Below are positions 1 to 13,866 of a DNA stretch of 64,000 bases, one piece after another. The position numbers and the translations under genes are program-made. This stretch comes from Gonapodya sp. JEL0774 (taxonomy: Eukaryota): assembly GCA_027604505.1 (NCBI GenBank), contig JADIIX010000017.1:62001-126000 (forward strand). Direction: 5' to 3'. The notes beneath the pieces were generated by a model that was not told the origin of the DNA, made no database searches, and saw only the letters and a program-made list of their open reading frames with translations. The stretch's first letter is position 1, and each line of letters opens with the position of its first letter.

Positions 1-1316
1 AAGACGTTGACATCAATGCAAGGGATGAAGCTGGATGGGATGCCTTGACTTTTGTGAGTGGACGAAAATCTGTGTACTTTTGTCTTTTTTCGAAGGGTGT
101 TCATTACCAGATTTCATAGGCTTGGAAATCAAATCATGCCTCAGTTGTTTCTCTCCTTGTCGGAGCCGGTGCTGATATCATGTCGAGTGACATTCGTGGA
201 CAAACCGTGGGAATGTGGGCAAGCGCCCAAGGACATGTTGAGATTTTAGGCATGATCATTTCCAGCAATCGTGAGTGAATGCGCACGCCACTTCACTTCG
301 TCTGTGCTAACATTGCTTGGCGGGGTGAAGCTACCACGCTCACTCAAATGGACTCAGATCGGTGGACGTGCTTGCACCACGCGGCGTCAAATGATCAACT
401 TGGGGCAGCGACGGAACTTATACGGATCTCTGGACCTTATCTCAGAGAGATGTTCTTGGCAGATAAGAACGGTCGCACACCTGTTGATCTGTCATCAGGT
501 ACCGACATGGTTGATTTGTTGGAAGATGCTCTGGATTCTGCCTCCCAGGGCTTGCAACAGAACTCTGAAGGTAAAGATTGTCCCCTCCATTCTAGGCTTA
601 GAATTCTATCATGCATATCTGCTATCCCATTTTCAGTTGTTTTGTTGGATGTTGCAACGTTCTTGCGAGTTGAGATTGCGCGAATCTCTGATGCTGCCGC
701 GACAAAGCTCAGCTCGTCCGGCAATACTCACGGCGCCTTTCTGATTACAACCAAACTCTGTGCTACAATCGACGACATTCTGGCTTCTCTTGAGTCACCG
801 GGAACTCAGAAGCCGGTGAAAGCAAGAGTCCGGGGAAACGAACCTTGCTTGGTACCCAATCTCAGCAACGAGACTCTTGCGGATATTCCTGGCAGCTTTC
901 CGAGGACTAACGATGAAGTAATGGCAAAATCTGGGAATCAAGAACACCAGGCACACTGTTTGGATGAATCTATGCTTGGATCAGAAGAACTCGGGCTCAA
1001 ATCTATTATACTTCCAACTCTTGTCGTGACCCCTGCCACTCCGATCGTAACTGTTGAAAACGACCAGCTCAATTCAAACGTGGATGATTCCTTTCCGGAA
1101 GATTTTGCCGCTCCGATGGTCCGACTCTTTGAAGGCGCACTGTACAACAAAGTAGGCCCCAGAGATAGCAAGAATCTTTCTCGCGAGGTATGGAGCAGCG
1201 AGTCGGGTGAGGAGGAGTCGCTGTCGGAGCATGACGGAAGCGATGATTTACAGAGCGAGCTTGACGGCGGAATTGAGTCCTCGGAATTAGAAATGGAAGA
1301 CTATGAGCTGATTTGA
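1..1316 (+). CDS. Ankyrin-repeat protein with acidic C-terminus (5' partial, spliced)
   Basis: 3..53 reads DVDINARDEAGWDALTF, then donor GTGAGT. ORF 279..1316 has ankyrin motifs RTPLHFVC, WTCLHHAASNDQ and DKNGRTPVDL, followed by a D/E/S-rich tail. Confidence 0.75.
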
Positions 1317-1626
1317 TGAGTGAGCGGTGGAGGTCGCAAATTCTTGGACGCTGAGCGTAGCACTGATGATGCATACAAAGTTTATACTGAAGAAACTGGA
1401 GCTCATTTCCACGTCACGTACGAAACAATTTCATAGAGAAGCATAGTACAATAATTTGTAACCGAATTGTAGACCAAAGCAATAATTGAAACTTGATGTT
1501 GGATACTTCGAGCCGTGTGCAGTATTAATCCTGAGTCGCAGCCAGCTTTCCTATATCTCCGCGCCTCATCACGTTTATTCTGAGCAACGAGGTCTGAAAC
1601 AGATTACTAGATACCAGCGGTTCACC

Positions 1627-4589
1627 TCATGTATCCCAATCCCCATCTCCCCCCTTCACCACGACCTTTCCCTCCCCAACCATCTTCCACCATGCAAAAG
1701 TCCTTACCAACCAATTCTCTGTCCTAAGTTGCACCATGTACCACCAGCGTGCACTCTCGCTTTCGCCCCAAGGCCATGCAGTCGTGTCACTCGTGTCCCA
1801 GCACCTCCAAAGGACTCGCACACGACAGGCCGACAAGTAGGCCGGAGTGGGTTCCAGAGAAAGGAGTGGCCAGCGGCCTGAGAAGAGACGGACAATGCGA
1901 GGGAAATAGGGGTATTGATGTACAAAGGTGTAGGGTCTGTTCGCAGCGTTGAGAATCTGATGGTGTGTTTGAAAGGATGGTGAATAGTGAAGATGCCAGC
2001 CTTTCCTCACCCCCACCCCTCCAGGCCCGGAACCCACCTCCCCAAATCTCGAAAACCATACGTGGGGATTGGTTCCTACCGTCGCTCCCGGTCCATCCTC
2101 ATTCCGATACACAATTAATCTTGGTATATCCCTCGAAAGCCTGCACGTGTAATACAGGTAGTTCAGCACACCTTGGTCATTACAGAGGTTGGTGGCAAGC
2201 AAATGTGATGTCCAGTGGCCGAGAAGGACATACATGGGGAAGGAATGGCCCTATAAAGGAGTGGTCGGAATTGGGTTCTGTAGCTGACTCTCTGGCAAAC
2301 TACAAACTCACTACAACCACACCCGCACAAATCCTCGCAAACGGCGCCATATCGTCAAATGTCCCTTCGTCCCAGACTCCACTCCTCTCTCCACACTTTA
2401 TCCACCTCTCATGATGCTCACACTCCCCTAATGTGAAGTTGCCCCACTCCGCGAACAAGGCCACGGCATCGCCATCCCCACTTCCCGCCCTAGAATCACC
2501 GAGCGGAAGATATTGTTCGTCAGAGGGGTTACGTTGCCATACCACGTCGTAATCTGAGAGTATGACTCGGCGATACACGTGCCATGACTTGTCCATGTGC
2601 CGCTTATAGTTAAAAAATCGAGCATACACGAGTCCATAACCATGCGGGTCCACGAACTTGATCACTTGTATATCTGCGCCTCTGTGCCTGAAATGGTCGT
2701 GCACCGACACCAGCGCTGGCCGTGCAGGGTCAGCCGAGAAGATGACGACCCGGCCACGCCAACCTGCCTCCCATAAACTGGCGTGGAACCAATTGATCAC
2801 CTCTGCGCTCTCACCCTTCTCCGCTACAAATATGACATCAACGGTCCCAGCACTCCGGGGATATGCCGAGCGTCTCGCAGCCAGATCAGCCATTAAAGCT
2901 GCAGAGTGGGACGACGGTAAATCAAAGTCGAGCGATGGTGGTGCAAGATTGTTAGGTAAGGTGAGACCAAATGAAACGGGGGGTATGTTGGGATTGGTGG
3001 GGTTGGGGCGGGACACGAGAGTGAGGTTCCACGACAGTTGCTGTTGTGGGGTAGAGGGGTTGTTTGTGTGTGCAGTTGAGGACGGAGATGCTGCAACGCG
3101 GGGTTTGATAGATACGGAGACCGCAGACGGGAAATCGAAACGTGTGGGGTCACAGCTAAATGGGCGCGCGAGGGTTGGGTACTTTGCCACGCCCAAAACT
3201 GGTTGCCCATTCTCATCCTTGGTCACACCGTCCACCTCTTTGTACCAGTAAGTCGTCGGCCATTCCGGTCCCACTTGCACGCTGTGGTGGAGTGGGTCAG
3301 TTGAAATGAGCGACGGGACCGGAGTGAGCGGAGGCCAGTTTATTGTAAGGAGGGCGTAGAGAAAGAATAGCAGGGGAGGAAAAGGTAGGAGTCGTAGATA
3401 GGGAGAACGAGGCTGATGGGTCGGGGGAGAGAAGGTGGGGTGGGCCGGGGGAGTGGGAGGAGGAGGGAATTGACAATAAGCCAAAGATCGGGGGCAGAAT
3501 GTCAATCCAACCAGTACATCTCTGTTGTTGAATTCAGCGACCCTCCCACGACGTGTTTCTAAAACCACTCTCGACAGTTTTGCACTCGTCACTAACACAA
3601 AAGCTCCAAAGCTCCCTAGGAACCACTCCCATACCTGAACTCACCTTCCTCCCCACAGCACTCTTCATCCCACAGGCTCCACATGTACAACACGACCAGC
3701 ATGCGGTAGCAGCCGTGACCATTGCCACCAATAATCGCACTGCGGTGGGACTGGGTGGTGAGGGGGCTTGTGATCGACGGGACTGGCGGTTGCGCCGATC
3801 ACGTGGACTGTAGTCGGTGGAAGAACGGTAGAGTTGGTCTGCTGCGGAGGCAGAGGAAGAGTGCGACGCTTCGGCGTCGAGCGAGAGCGATGATGAATCG
3901 GAGTCCGAGTGGGAGTGAGACGCCATCGTGTGGTCGGGAGGAGTGACGTTGGTGACGGAGCTGGAGGAAGTGGTTGTGGGATGACTATTGAGTGGTATAG
4001 AGAGCTCAACGTAAGCTGAGTTTCCGTCAGAGTCGTTGCGCCGGGGTTTGTGTTTGCGAATCACGTCCGACGGGTGTAGATATGCGGAAGGAACAGGGAG
4101 TCCAGCAGCCGCGGCGGTGCGAGCTAGCCAGGAGAGTGCAGAAGACGGTTTGGACCAGAGGGTTGGAGCTTCGAGGGAAGAGCGTGAAAAGTGAGGCCCT
4201 CCAACACGAGGAGGGGAGCGGGAGCTTTTGCGAGAACGGGAAGAGTGGATGGGAATGCTGTCGAGTTGCGAGGGATGAGAGCGAGAGAGTGAGTGTCTGT
4301 GATTGTTCGAACGGGCTCCGCGGCGTGAGGGAGCGGATTGGAGATGAAGACTAGGAGTGTGGTCCGAGTAATCTGAGTGATGCGAGTAGTAGTACGGGCG
4401 GGGTCCAGCGGCAGCGTCATCAAAAGTAGAAGTTGAGGTACGCAGTCTCGGAGCGGCTGGTGAGAGTGGTGAAAGTGGGGAAACCGGAGAGTGAGGGGGG
4501 TCTCCAGAGTAGCTATGATTCTCTCGAACAGCCGTGTCCACGAGCGATGGAGGAAGAGGAGTCGCCTGCGGATTTTGGAGACGCGGCAT
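1627..4589 (-). CDS. Membrane-anchored putative glycosyltransferase (nucleotide-diphospho-sugar transferase-like), spliced
   Basis: Three consecutive minus ORFs. S/P/R-rich N-terminus, hydrophobic segment LLPFPPLLFFLYALLTINW, DxD-type motif VILSDYDVVWQRNP, and downstream NDQGVLNY and FVHQY motifs typical of GT-A-like folds. Confidence 0.6.
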
Positions 4590-5231
4590 CGAGCTTGGTT
4601 CTCGTAACTGGTCCTCAGAAGCGCCTGCGTCCGGATTTTACCTTCACCACTGTATGTCCCTTCAAGCCCGACTGGCACTCCACTCACCCAATACACGAGT
4701 TTCGCTGTTTTTCCTTCTTCTCTTCTCTTCCTTTCTAAATTGCGGCCCCGTAAGCTCTTGCGTCAGCTTCCTCTAACACACGGCACTATGAGTCTTCACC
4801 TGCTTTCCACACTTCTGCCAGACTTTTAGTCTCCCCGTGTCAGACCTCCCGTTGCTCTCCTCACTGTCTGTCTCTGCAGTCGTATCTTCGTGCCCTCCAA
4901 AACTCTGGTGTATCCAGGTTGCTATTGACGCTCGCGCAGTTCTTGTGGGGTTGTTTGTAAGTGTCATCAGACACAAGATCGCGCCTCCGCACTGTCAGGC
5001 ATCACAAAAATCGCTTTTTCTGTCGAAAACATTATGAAAGCGAACAAAACTTGTGTGATTCTATTGTTCAAGACCAGCATACATAACGATGATACGTCAA
5101 CGGTAATCACTTCGAGTTTCAAACCTGGCAATGATGTGGTATCCTGTGGAATCCTATGTAGATAATGCATGAACTTCCTCTTTTGACTCTTACTCCACCG
5201 ATTCACCTCCTCATCCTCCAACCTCTTTCCT

Positions 5232-6503
5232 TTACCAAACCCTCGTACCCCTCCTTTCCAATTTCCCCAACACAACACCGACCGTCATCGCTCCCACAAA
5301 CACCGCTACACCCTCGATTATCCGTTCTTTCACGGGAGGCTTCGGTGTGCGTGGCCTCATCTTTTCTCTCTCAGTAGGTGCGTCGGTGAGCACGTCCCAG
5401 AGGAATTGACCTGCGAGTACGGTGATGCTGCTCGTGGTTTCGATGATCTTGTCGACCAGACTGGATAAGCGAGGCTGAACTTGGAGTGTAGAGTATTGTT
5501 TGGTAAGGGTGGGCTCGGTGTTAGCAGTGGGGGTGGACTGGAATTCAGTGGCGGTGGGTGTTTCCATTTTCTCCCCGTGCGCGCAAATCGACGGATGTGA
5601 AACTCCGTCGACAAATTCTACAGCGCCAAAGGAATTACGGCTCCCCCTTCTTTTGGGCTCTTTGCCTTCCACATTGACTTGAGTCTTCTCAGGCTCGTCC
5701 AGGTCCCCGACCAGCATCCCCGCACTATCTTGGCCAATTTTCTCAGAACTCTTATTTGCCATGTCCACACCAGAGTCTCGGCGGGGTTGAGGAACGCGAG
5801 GCCGTGAGTTTTCCGGACTTGACGTTGTCTCTTCGCAAATGCTGGCAGGCTGACTTTCCAGGAGGAGTTTTGGGGGCTGGGTTGCGTCCTTCGATTTGCT
5901 CCGAGACAAAAAGAAATCTGAGGTTGAGAGTTCATTTGGTGTGTGTCTAACCATTTGGCCGTGTTTGGAAAATTCTTTGATGAGTCGCTTTGTCTTGTTC
6001 TCGGTTGCCACAGTGGTCTTGAGTTCCAAATTGACTTCTTTCGAGTAGAGATCTTCATATTCCGCTGGTGCGCTGTTCCCGATGTCTTCCTCGACACCCT
6101 CGTAGAGTTCTGGAAAACGTAACTTGTGCGCTGCGTACATTATTTCTCGCCGTTGAGCGGTTTCATTCGCCCGTAGCATGAACTCGGCGAGAAAGTTCTC
6201 GTAATGAGGCTTATCCATTCGCTTCGTCTGAATTTGAGGATGAGCTTGTCTTGAGGGTTTGTACACATTCTCGTTCGAGATCGGCTTGGTTCGTGAGCAA
6301 GTGTGCGGAACGGGGTCCGGGTTGAGAGTGAGAGCCAGGAATGTGGAGGAGGTATGGAGGATCATCAGCAGACCGAGGAACGCAGAGCCGACATATATGT
6401 AGTTGAAGATAGATGAGAGGATTGGTGAGACCGGTGCTATAGCATCCGAAAAGACTCTTCCAGTCCAATCCGAGGTTAAATGGAAGAAGCTCCATGAACT
6501 CAC
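5232..6503 (-). CDS. Hypothetical protein with N- and C-terminal hydrophobic segments
   Basis: 423-aa ATG ORF with TM-like YIYVGSAFLGLLMIL and VAVFVGAMTVGVVLG; no family recognised. Confidence 0.5.
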   Translation of the reverse strand: MSSWSFFHLTSDWTGRVFSDAIAPVSPILSSIFNYIYVGSAFLGLLMILHTSSTFLALTLNPDPVPHTCSRTKPISNENVYKPSRQAHPQIQTKRMDKPHYENFLAEFMLRANETAQRREIMYAAHKLRFPELYEGVEEDIGNSAPAEYEDLYSKEVNLELKTTVATENKTKRLIKEFSKHGQMVRHTPNELSTSDFFLSRSKSKDATQPPKLLLESQPASICEETTSSPENSRPRVPQPRRDSGVDMANKSSEKIGQDSAGMLVGDLDEPEKTQVNVEGKEPKRRGSRNSFGAVEFVDGVSHPSICAHGEKMETPTATEFQSTPTANTEPTLTKQYSTLQVQPRLSSLVDKIIETTSSITVLAGQFLWDVLTDAPTEREKMRPRTPKPPVKERIIEGVAVFVGAMTVGVVLGKLERRGTRVW

Positions 6504-7399
6504 TCATGATGTCTGGCAAGGAAATGATTGACATAATTGTTTGAAGCTTGCAAAGAATGAGCTACGTTACCGTAACGATTCCTGCACACGGATGGACCAA
6601 AAGATGGAATCAGCTCTCGTCGACCAGCTGAATGTTCAAACCACTCACAGAATGATCCCTTCAAGGTTGAAGCGATCGCACAGACTATTCAAGTGTCGTC
6701 CGAACTAGTGGATTAGTGGATGAAATAATCAGAAATCAGGATGCCTTGGACCGCCTTGCTGTTGCGAAGACAAGCAGAACGGGCGAGGGCGGAGTTGGAC
6801 TCAGGTCAAGTCGCCCACGGATAATATGTCAAGCGGAGGATTACACTGGAACGTCCGCATCCCAATTTCGGTGTATGATATTGATTGGGCGTGTGATGTT
6901 GATATATGAATAAATTTCTGCCAAATGCCCCCCATTTGTATGTGTTCGAGACAGTAAGGTGACAGGTATCACGTGAGTGAGGCCCGCATCGAATCCCCAA
7001 CAGCAACCTGCCATTCATCGAACTACGCCCGTCAACGCATCCGTCTCCGTTTAACTCCCCGCAGCCCAAAATTTGCCGTCTTGCCATTTCTGCTGTCTCG
7101 ATCTCATACAATCCAGTTTTATCTCTCTACCTCCACCGAATCACATCTGAATCCACGCATCTCTTGAATTCCGATAATCAGAGACACCGCGTTTACCTTC
7201 TGGTGAAAATCGACTTCGCATTGTTCCCACCCATTTGTCTTAACTTCCGGATTCTCCACTGCTCAAGCTTGTGAGTGCCGCGTGTGAAGCGCCGTACCAC
7301 GAATGAAAAGACTGGCATCGAAACGACGCGTTTTTTCTCGCCAGCGAAGCTTACGTGAACTTTTCTAACTCTTTTTTAAAGGAATCGTCTGAACATAAC

Positions 7400-10300
7400 C
7401 TCTCCGCTGGCTCGAACATGCGTCGCGCATCCACCGCTCCTGCCTCTACCCCATCCACGTACGACCGTCTCTGGCGCCCGCGTTCTTTTGCACTCGATGA
7501 TGCCCTCGAATCAGATGTTCGTGAGATTTTTGAGTCTATGTCGCGTGAAGGAAGCTCGAGGGCATCAACTCCAGCGTTCGGGACGGGAACAAGTACACCA
7601 CCCGTCACCTTCAACGGTAAGACCCTGATGCAAGAGAGCGAGCGAGCTATCGAGATGTCGTGGAAGTTGGGTGGCGAGAGTCCCGTGAACCGGAGGGACG
7701 CCAAGTTCACCGAGGAGTCAGATAATATCATTTCCTACGCTGGAACGTCTCCGTGGGAAAAGAGAGACTCCAAATTTGACGGAAAGGTGAGATTTTGAAT
7801 CTTGGATGAAGTGGCGAGGCGTTCAGCCAGAGAGGCTTGGTGCGAGCGAACCACATGAGCAATCCAATCCCACTCAAAATGTGAAGTGAGCGGCAATTTT
7901 ACTGAGCTGGATAGTGATACCTTTACTTTGGCACCAATTTTCGGATGAAGCTGAGGAACAGGAAGGTCTGGCCCCAAAATCCTGTTAGTAATCTCCACAT
8001 TTTCATCACACGGCGGCAAGGACGACCTCCCCCCTCCTCTCAGTCCCCTTGACCACTTCGTATCTTCGTTCAAATCTCATTTCGCTTCCGCCACGTCGCC
8101 TTCCGCTGATCCCTTCGAACTCGCCACAATCACCAAGTTCGTGGGACCTTGGAGCGACGACCGTCTGGGGTCGTTCTTCATTGCAAAACATGACGTTTAT
8201 GAGAGGAACTTGAGTGACTTGCCACCACTACCGGTACTGCGGGCTACCTACACTGCGCCGGAGATGATACCAGAATACGACGAACACGGTGACACAGACT
8301 ATTCCCGTGTCGATATGTCGATATCTACAATCAAGAACATTACTTTGGAGGATGGTTTTGTGGCAGATGAGGATGACGACACCATGCCTCTTCTCCCACC
8401 GTTCCTCGACGCGCTCATCAGCAATTATACTCCCAAAACAGTTACCCCGCGAAGCCTTCCCATCTCCGCCACTTATGATGTTGAAGAAGAAGCAACCATT
8501 CCTTCATGGCATCTCGGCGCTCCCGGCTGTGACACGCTGCTCGATCCCACGCCACACCATCCCGCACACGCCATGTCAAATGAGTCACCTAATCACATTT
8601 TCGCGTTCACCGTCGCTCTATTTGACGAAGAGTGTGCCCCGCTGTCGCCGCGAGGCGCTGATTATGGCGATCTGTGCTATGTCGGTGGTTTCGGCCCGCC
8701 GTTGTTTGAGCAGAACAATGCGAGATTGAGTCTTGCAGAGGCAATGGGATGTGGAGACAAAGAACGGGTGGTGTGGGATGGTGTTTTTGATGGCATGCGT
8801 GTTGTAGATGGGCACGATGGCATGGATCTTTCCAATGCCGCTGACAATCGGCAAAATGCGGACGAACTGAAGACCAAACCGGTCATGATCAATCCCGTCG
8901 ATGCCAAACACACTACTGGATTGTTCGATGGTGATGGTGATGAAGGCATGTGGTCGGAAGTGGCAGATGGCACATGCGAAACCGCAGTTGTGCCTAGAGA
9001 AGGGGTGGTACCGAAAGTTGGTAAATCCGAGCACTTTTTCGCTTTGTCGAAGCCCTTATGTAGAGCGCACACGGATAATGAGGTTAGAGCTCCGTCATTT
9101 GTCAGGATTGACCGGCGGATGTGGGAAGAAGAGTCCTTTGTGTTGAAAGAAGTGGAAAACGATGGGACATCAGACCTTTGGGACTCAGACGATGAAATAT
9201 CTGCAGTGGATCACGGTGATGATGAAAGGGACGCCAACTATGTTTGTGATGACGTGGAAGGCATCGCCTTGCTCCATGGGGCTTGCTATTCGTCAGACGT
9301 CTGTAGCTCGCCAGACTTCTTCATAGCGAGCTATACTCCATTCGACACTTGTGATGAGGATGAAATGGTTACTCTTGCGTCTAATGGCCTGTTCTGGCCG
9401 GTTACATTCGACACCAAGATGCCGAAGGTGGTGGCGCCAGACGTTCGCTTCGAAGTGGACACATACGAAGCAAGCGAGCTGGATGGTCAAGTTATGTGGC
9501 GGGATTGGGGCAGGACGGGTGAGGATCCGGCTCTGGTGGTCGCTGATGACGTCCACATTGTCGGAACCTTGGCACGCATAGCTCCGCTGGCTGTGGCGAA
9601 AAATTCATATTTGCAGACACGGGAGCTCCTCCGTGCATCAGCTGTTGTCGCTATGGCGTGGGAAGAGATCGGTCCTACTGCGCAGGCTTTGAGTTGGGCA
9701 TCCCACAGACTGAGCGACGTGCTCGAAGACTGGGTCCAAAAGAATGGCCACGCGAACCAAGAGGATCACGTCGTACATCAGATCAGAGACGCAGGAGCTG
9801 GGCTCCGCGTAATTGTGACACTTGCGGACTATTTCGCATCGTTGGATGTACCCCCGGTGTGCGATTGCGCAGTCGAGTTTGAAAACGTGAAAGATTTGGA
9901 AGAAGTTTGGAGTGGAGTTTCTCCGGGGAGCGGCACGGATGTCTGCTGTGAAGAAAATAGGCTCAGTGGTGAGTTTGCGTGAGATGAGCTTCCTGACAGC
10001 ACAAAAATTAACACCACAACGTGTTGCGCCAATGGATTCGGTTACAACACACAGTGCCGTCATTCTCACCGTATGGGGTAATGGTGAGTGGTTTGCCCGT
10101 GGAAACAGAAGGATTCAAGCACCTGTCTCACATTTATGTGTCTGGCATCACCATCAGATGTTTGCTGACTTTGAGGACCGTGACGCGGTTTCAACCCTCC
10201 TCGAAAATCAAGCGGATGATATTGCACATGATGAAAATCCAGCACGTTGGGAAGGATTCCTGGAATGTTCTGAGGACGAAGATGAACTTTGCGTTGAAAG

Positions 10301-10532
10301 GTTTGGGGTGGAAGTGGTCAGGGTACTCTCAACTCCAGACATGAACATCGCCGAAACGGGACAAAGTGGGGTACTGGAGCAATCTCAGCTCACGTTGGTC
10401 GCATCTGCGTCCCACTCCATGTCGGTCCCGCGCAAGTTGGGGCTGGTGTTTCCTGACGATGAAGACGTGGATGAATTTGAAACCGCACCCAGCTCTCCAC
10501 TGACAACGCCGTTTTCGTCACCTTCCCGTTGA
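7400..10532 (+). CDS. Large acidic hypothetical protein (probably one spliced gene, possibly two)
   Basis: Consecutive plus ORFs 7355..7798, 8141..9982 (613 aa, D/E-rich) and 9912..10532, with a donor-like GTGAGA near 7787; no domain recognised and junctions unresolved. Confidence 0.45.
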
Positions 10533-10826
10533 TCCCGTTTGCATACCGTGTCCGAGCGAGATACCCCATCTTCTGGCGAGAGTATGTTTACATAGTGATT
10601 GGAGAACGCGGAGAAGAAGGCGCGCTCGACGAGTAGAAGTGCAATGTAGCCCAAACAGAGACACCTTTGCATAAAAGTACGTAATGGCTCATTCACCATT
10701 TTTGCAGCATCCGCAATGCCAATGCTAATAACCGTTGATGTGAGATCGTCTTAATAGTCTGATCTGTATTAGTCAATTCTCTTTGTACATTTTTCATTGG
10801 AGAGACATGCATGGGTATATTGAAGC

Positions 10827-12970
10827 TCAAAAATTTCGATGCCCCGCGCTCATTCCCACAAACCCCATCCTGCCATGGTCAGAGTCACGGGTATCTCTAG
10901 CGTGCTTAGTCATAGCAAACGACTGCGGGATTGTAAAAGGGTATTGCGGGGTCCCTGGTAATCTGGTTATCATACCCCTAGAGTCAATCGAATCCAAGTG
11001 CCCATTGGTAGGGGTCAGATGTGCTGAAGTGAGCCCATGAACCGCTGGTCCGATAATTGACGGCTTCGGAGGATTAGCGCATCGGTCTTTTCCGTAATTG
11101 ACTCTGTATCTGGAGTAGTTGGGGTCGGCGCGCTTCGTTTCCACAGCTTTGATAGCATTTGCGATATCCGTGAAATTGATGAAAGCAATGGATTTGTCTG
11201 ATGGCGTAGAGTTCGAGAACAAGTTATTCGTGTGAAATCGAGAAGATCTTGCGGAGTCAGGAGCTCACCAGGTACAATATTGATCATTTCGATTTCGCCA
11301 AACTCCTGGAACTCCCTCCTTAAAGATTCCTCGTTCAGCAAGGTGAGATCAATATTCCCAACAAAAGCGTTCCTGGTTGCGCCCTCTCGTACTGCAGCGA
11401 GAACCTCTTGCGGAATCGGAATACCCTTGCCCCAGCCAATTTTGAGACGCTTTCCGTGAATAACGAGTCCCTCTTGAGTGCTCCGATGATGAAACACGGC
11501 CGCGGAGTCTGCTGACATGAATGTAACAAAACCGATACCCTTCTCCTGAAAATACTTGACGTGTTGGAGAATACCACCACGAATATTCTGACACAGACAA
11601 ACGTGTCACTCCTTGTCAACTGACACAATATAGGAAGTCGATACATACGTCACAGAGCTCCCGCACTGTAGTCTCAAGAGGCAGCCCACCAAGGTACACA
11701 GTGCGATTTCCATTCGGTGAAGGAGGTATATCGCCTTGGAGTGAAAGTTGACAGATGACTTCACTATTCGTACAGAGGTGCAAATGGCTGCTCACCAGGG
11801 CCATTTCCTATTTGTGGTAACGGCAACGTGGGTGCTACTAGAGCTTGTTGTTCTGCAGCATTTGCAGGGCCTCCACCAGACAGCTTTGATGGTGCGCATC
11901 TGTCCCTCCCATAGTTGATCTAAAGAATAGAAAGGGTTATATAAAGACCTTAATCATGTGAATGATCACTCCTTACACACTCTTCGCCCTGTCCACTTAT
12001 CCTCCGCTTGCAGCGTTTGAACCGCCTTTACGGCTGAGGCAATTCCTGCCATGTGAACGAATGCAATGCGTTTATCCCGCAACACTTTTATCTGATCAAT
12101 CTGCCCAAATCGAGACAGTTCCTCTCTCAAGACAAGATCCGTGACACTGTCGTCAATATTACCGATGAAAACATTCCGAGAGGCACCTTGACCAACGGCG
12201 GAGAGGATGCTCGCAGAGGGCGCTATAGGTTTGCCCCATCCAACTTTGATTTCTTGACTATGGATGATCAAGTGCCTGTGATTGCATTCGTTGTAGAAGG
12301 CAACAGCGGCCCCTGCATCGACAAATGTGACAAAAGCACAGTTCTTCTCTTCCAAAATTTTGGTCTGCTCTACCATGCCCGTTTTCACGTTATTGAGAAG
12401 GTCCTCAAGACTAGCATTAGATGGGAGATTTCCAAGGTAAACAGTCCGTTGGTCTTGTCGGGCTGAAGTGATAACATTCGGACTGCCTAATGGTGGGTTT
12501 ACAGCTTCAAACTGTCCGCCACTCGTAGAAGCAGCCCTGCCCAGTGAAAATTGTCCGCCAAACCCTCCCGGAACGTTAAATGCATTGATCGACGATGATT
12601 GAAACGTTTGCGCAGAGTATTGTGCAAAGTTTTCTCCGCGAAGCCCCATAGGGCCTACAAGCATCGGCGGCATCTGTCCTATTTGCTGGGGTATTGACAT
12701 CTGACCGAGCGACGGAATCTGCATCCCACTCATTCCTCCGACGGCATTCATCTGCATAACGCCCATGCTACCCATATTGCCCAACTGCGCCATCTGAGTC
12801 ATGCCTGGGTAGTAGGTGCTCATCGACAAGGGATTTTGTGACGAGACAAAGGGTGCGTTCGGCTGATTTGGATGGGGAGGGATTTGGTGATTCATTTGGG
12901 TATACTGTTGCAAGGAGAAACGCTGTTTCTTGTTGATGTCGTGCGAGCCAAAATCAGCTCCTCGCTTCAT
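10827..12970 (-). CDS. MRN1: Four-RRM RNA-binding protein, Mrn1 (S. cerevisiae)/Nrd1 (S. pombe) family
   Basis: Paired RRMs RTVYLGNL..KNCAFVTF..IKVGWGK and SRNVFIGNI..IAFVHM, repeated as RTVYLGGL, LKIGWGK, TRNAFVGNI and RVNYGKDRC; Q/M/G-rich N-terminus. First in-frame ATG at 12970. Confidence 0.85.
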
Positions 12971-13866
12971 AGCCTCGGGATCTACTACAAGATTCTCGAA
13001 ATTTGGACTCGAAGCGTTCGAGTGTATTGGGGATTGGTTAAACGCAACAAAGAGATGTGGAGGCAAGGCCTGCTGACTGAATTGAGAAGTGAAGTGCCAA
13101 AGAGCATTAAGAGGGCCTAGAGATTCTTCGAAGCAACAATTTCAACTTACACCAATGGCAACCGCTGCTGGCCGGATTGAGGCACGGGAACTAGATCCGA
13201 CAACATAAGATGATTGGAACAGGTATCAAAAGGATAATAGCAACAGGATGGAGGGTATGTACTTCTACAAAAGGCGAAAGGCAAATCAAAATTTGCACTC
13301 CCGAATCGGAAAAATGGAAGTGATGTAGAAAGGTGGGGTAACAGGGTGTGAGGTCATACACTGTTGACAACGGGATTGAATGGCAGAAATCGAGTCTCAA
13401 TTCTATAAGGAAAGAGGTTGAAACGCGGATGATAGCACGAATACGTGATATTCTGATCGTTCGGATCAAACTCACAATAAGCTGATTGCAGAAACTCCGT
13501 GCTCCACAGAACACACAGGGCGGGTTGGTCAACGGAAATGCAAAGTAAGACGAAAACGGGGGAGAAACAAGCTGGGGAATTCCAATCGTAACCAAATGTG
13601 ATGATGAAACAAATGGGGAGAAACTAGTGGAGTGATGGGAGAAAGAAAGGGGGAAGGGAAGAGGAAGAGGGGGAAAAGGAAAAGGGAGAAAAGGAAACAA
13701 AAGCTGCTCAACGGGGCTCGTGGACAGTGGAAAGGTCTTGGGACAGTCTTGTATTATGCTGGTGGAGGAATGATATTGGAAAGTACATATACCTCAGCAG
13801 CACAACCAGACAACCATGGGCATCCATTTTTCAACGATCCGAGCCAGATAATGTTTAGAGAAAGGT

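Noticed and set aside
13191..13711. 169-aa hydrophobic F/P/L-rich ORF
   Set aside because: Translation of a polypyrimidine/polypurine tract in the upstream region of the RRM gene; no coding signature.
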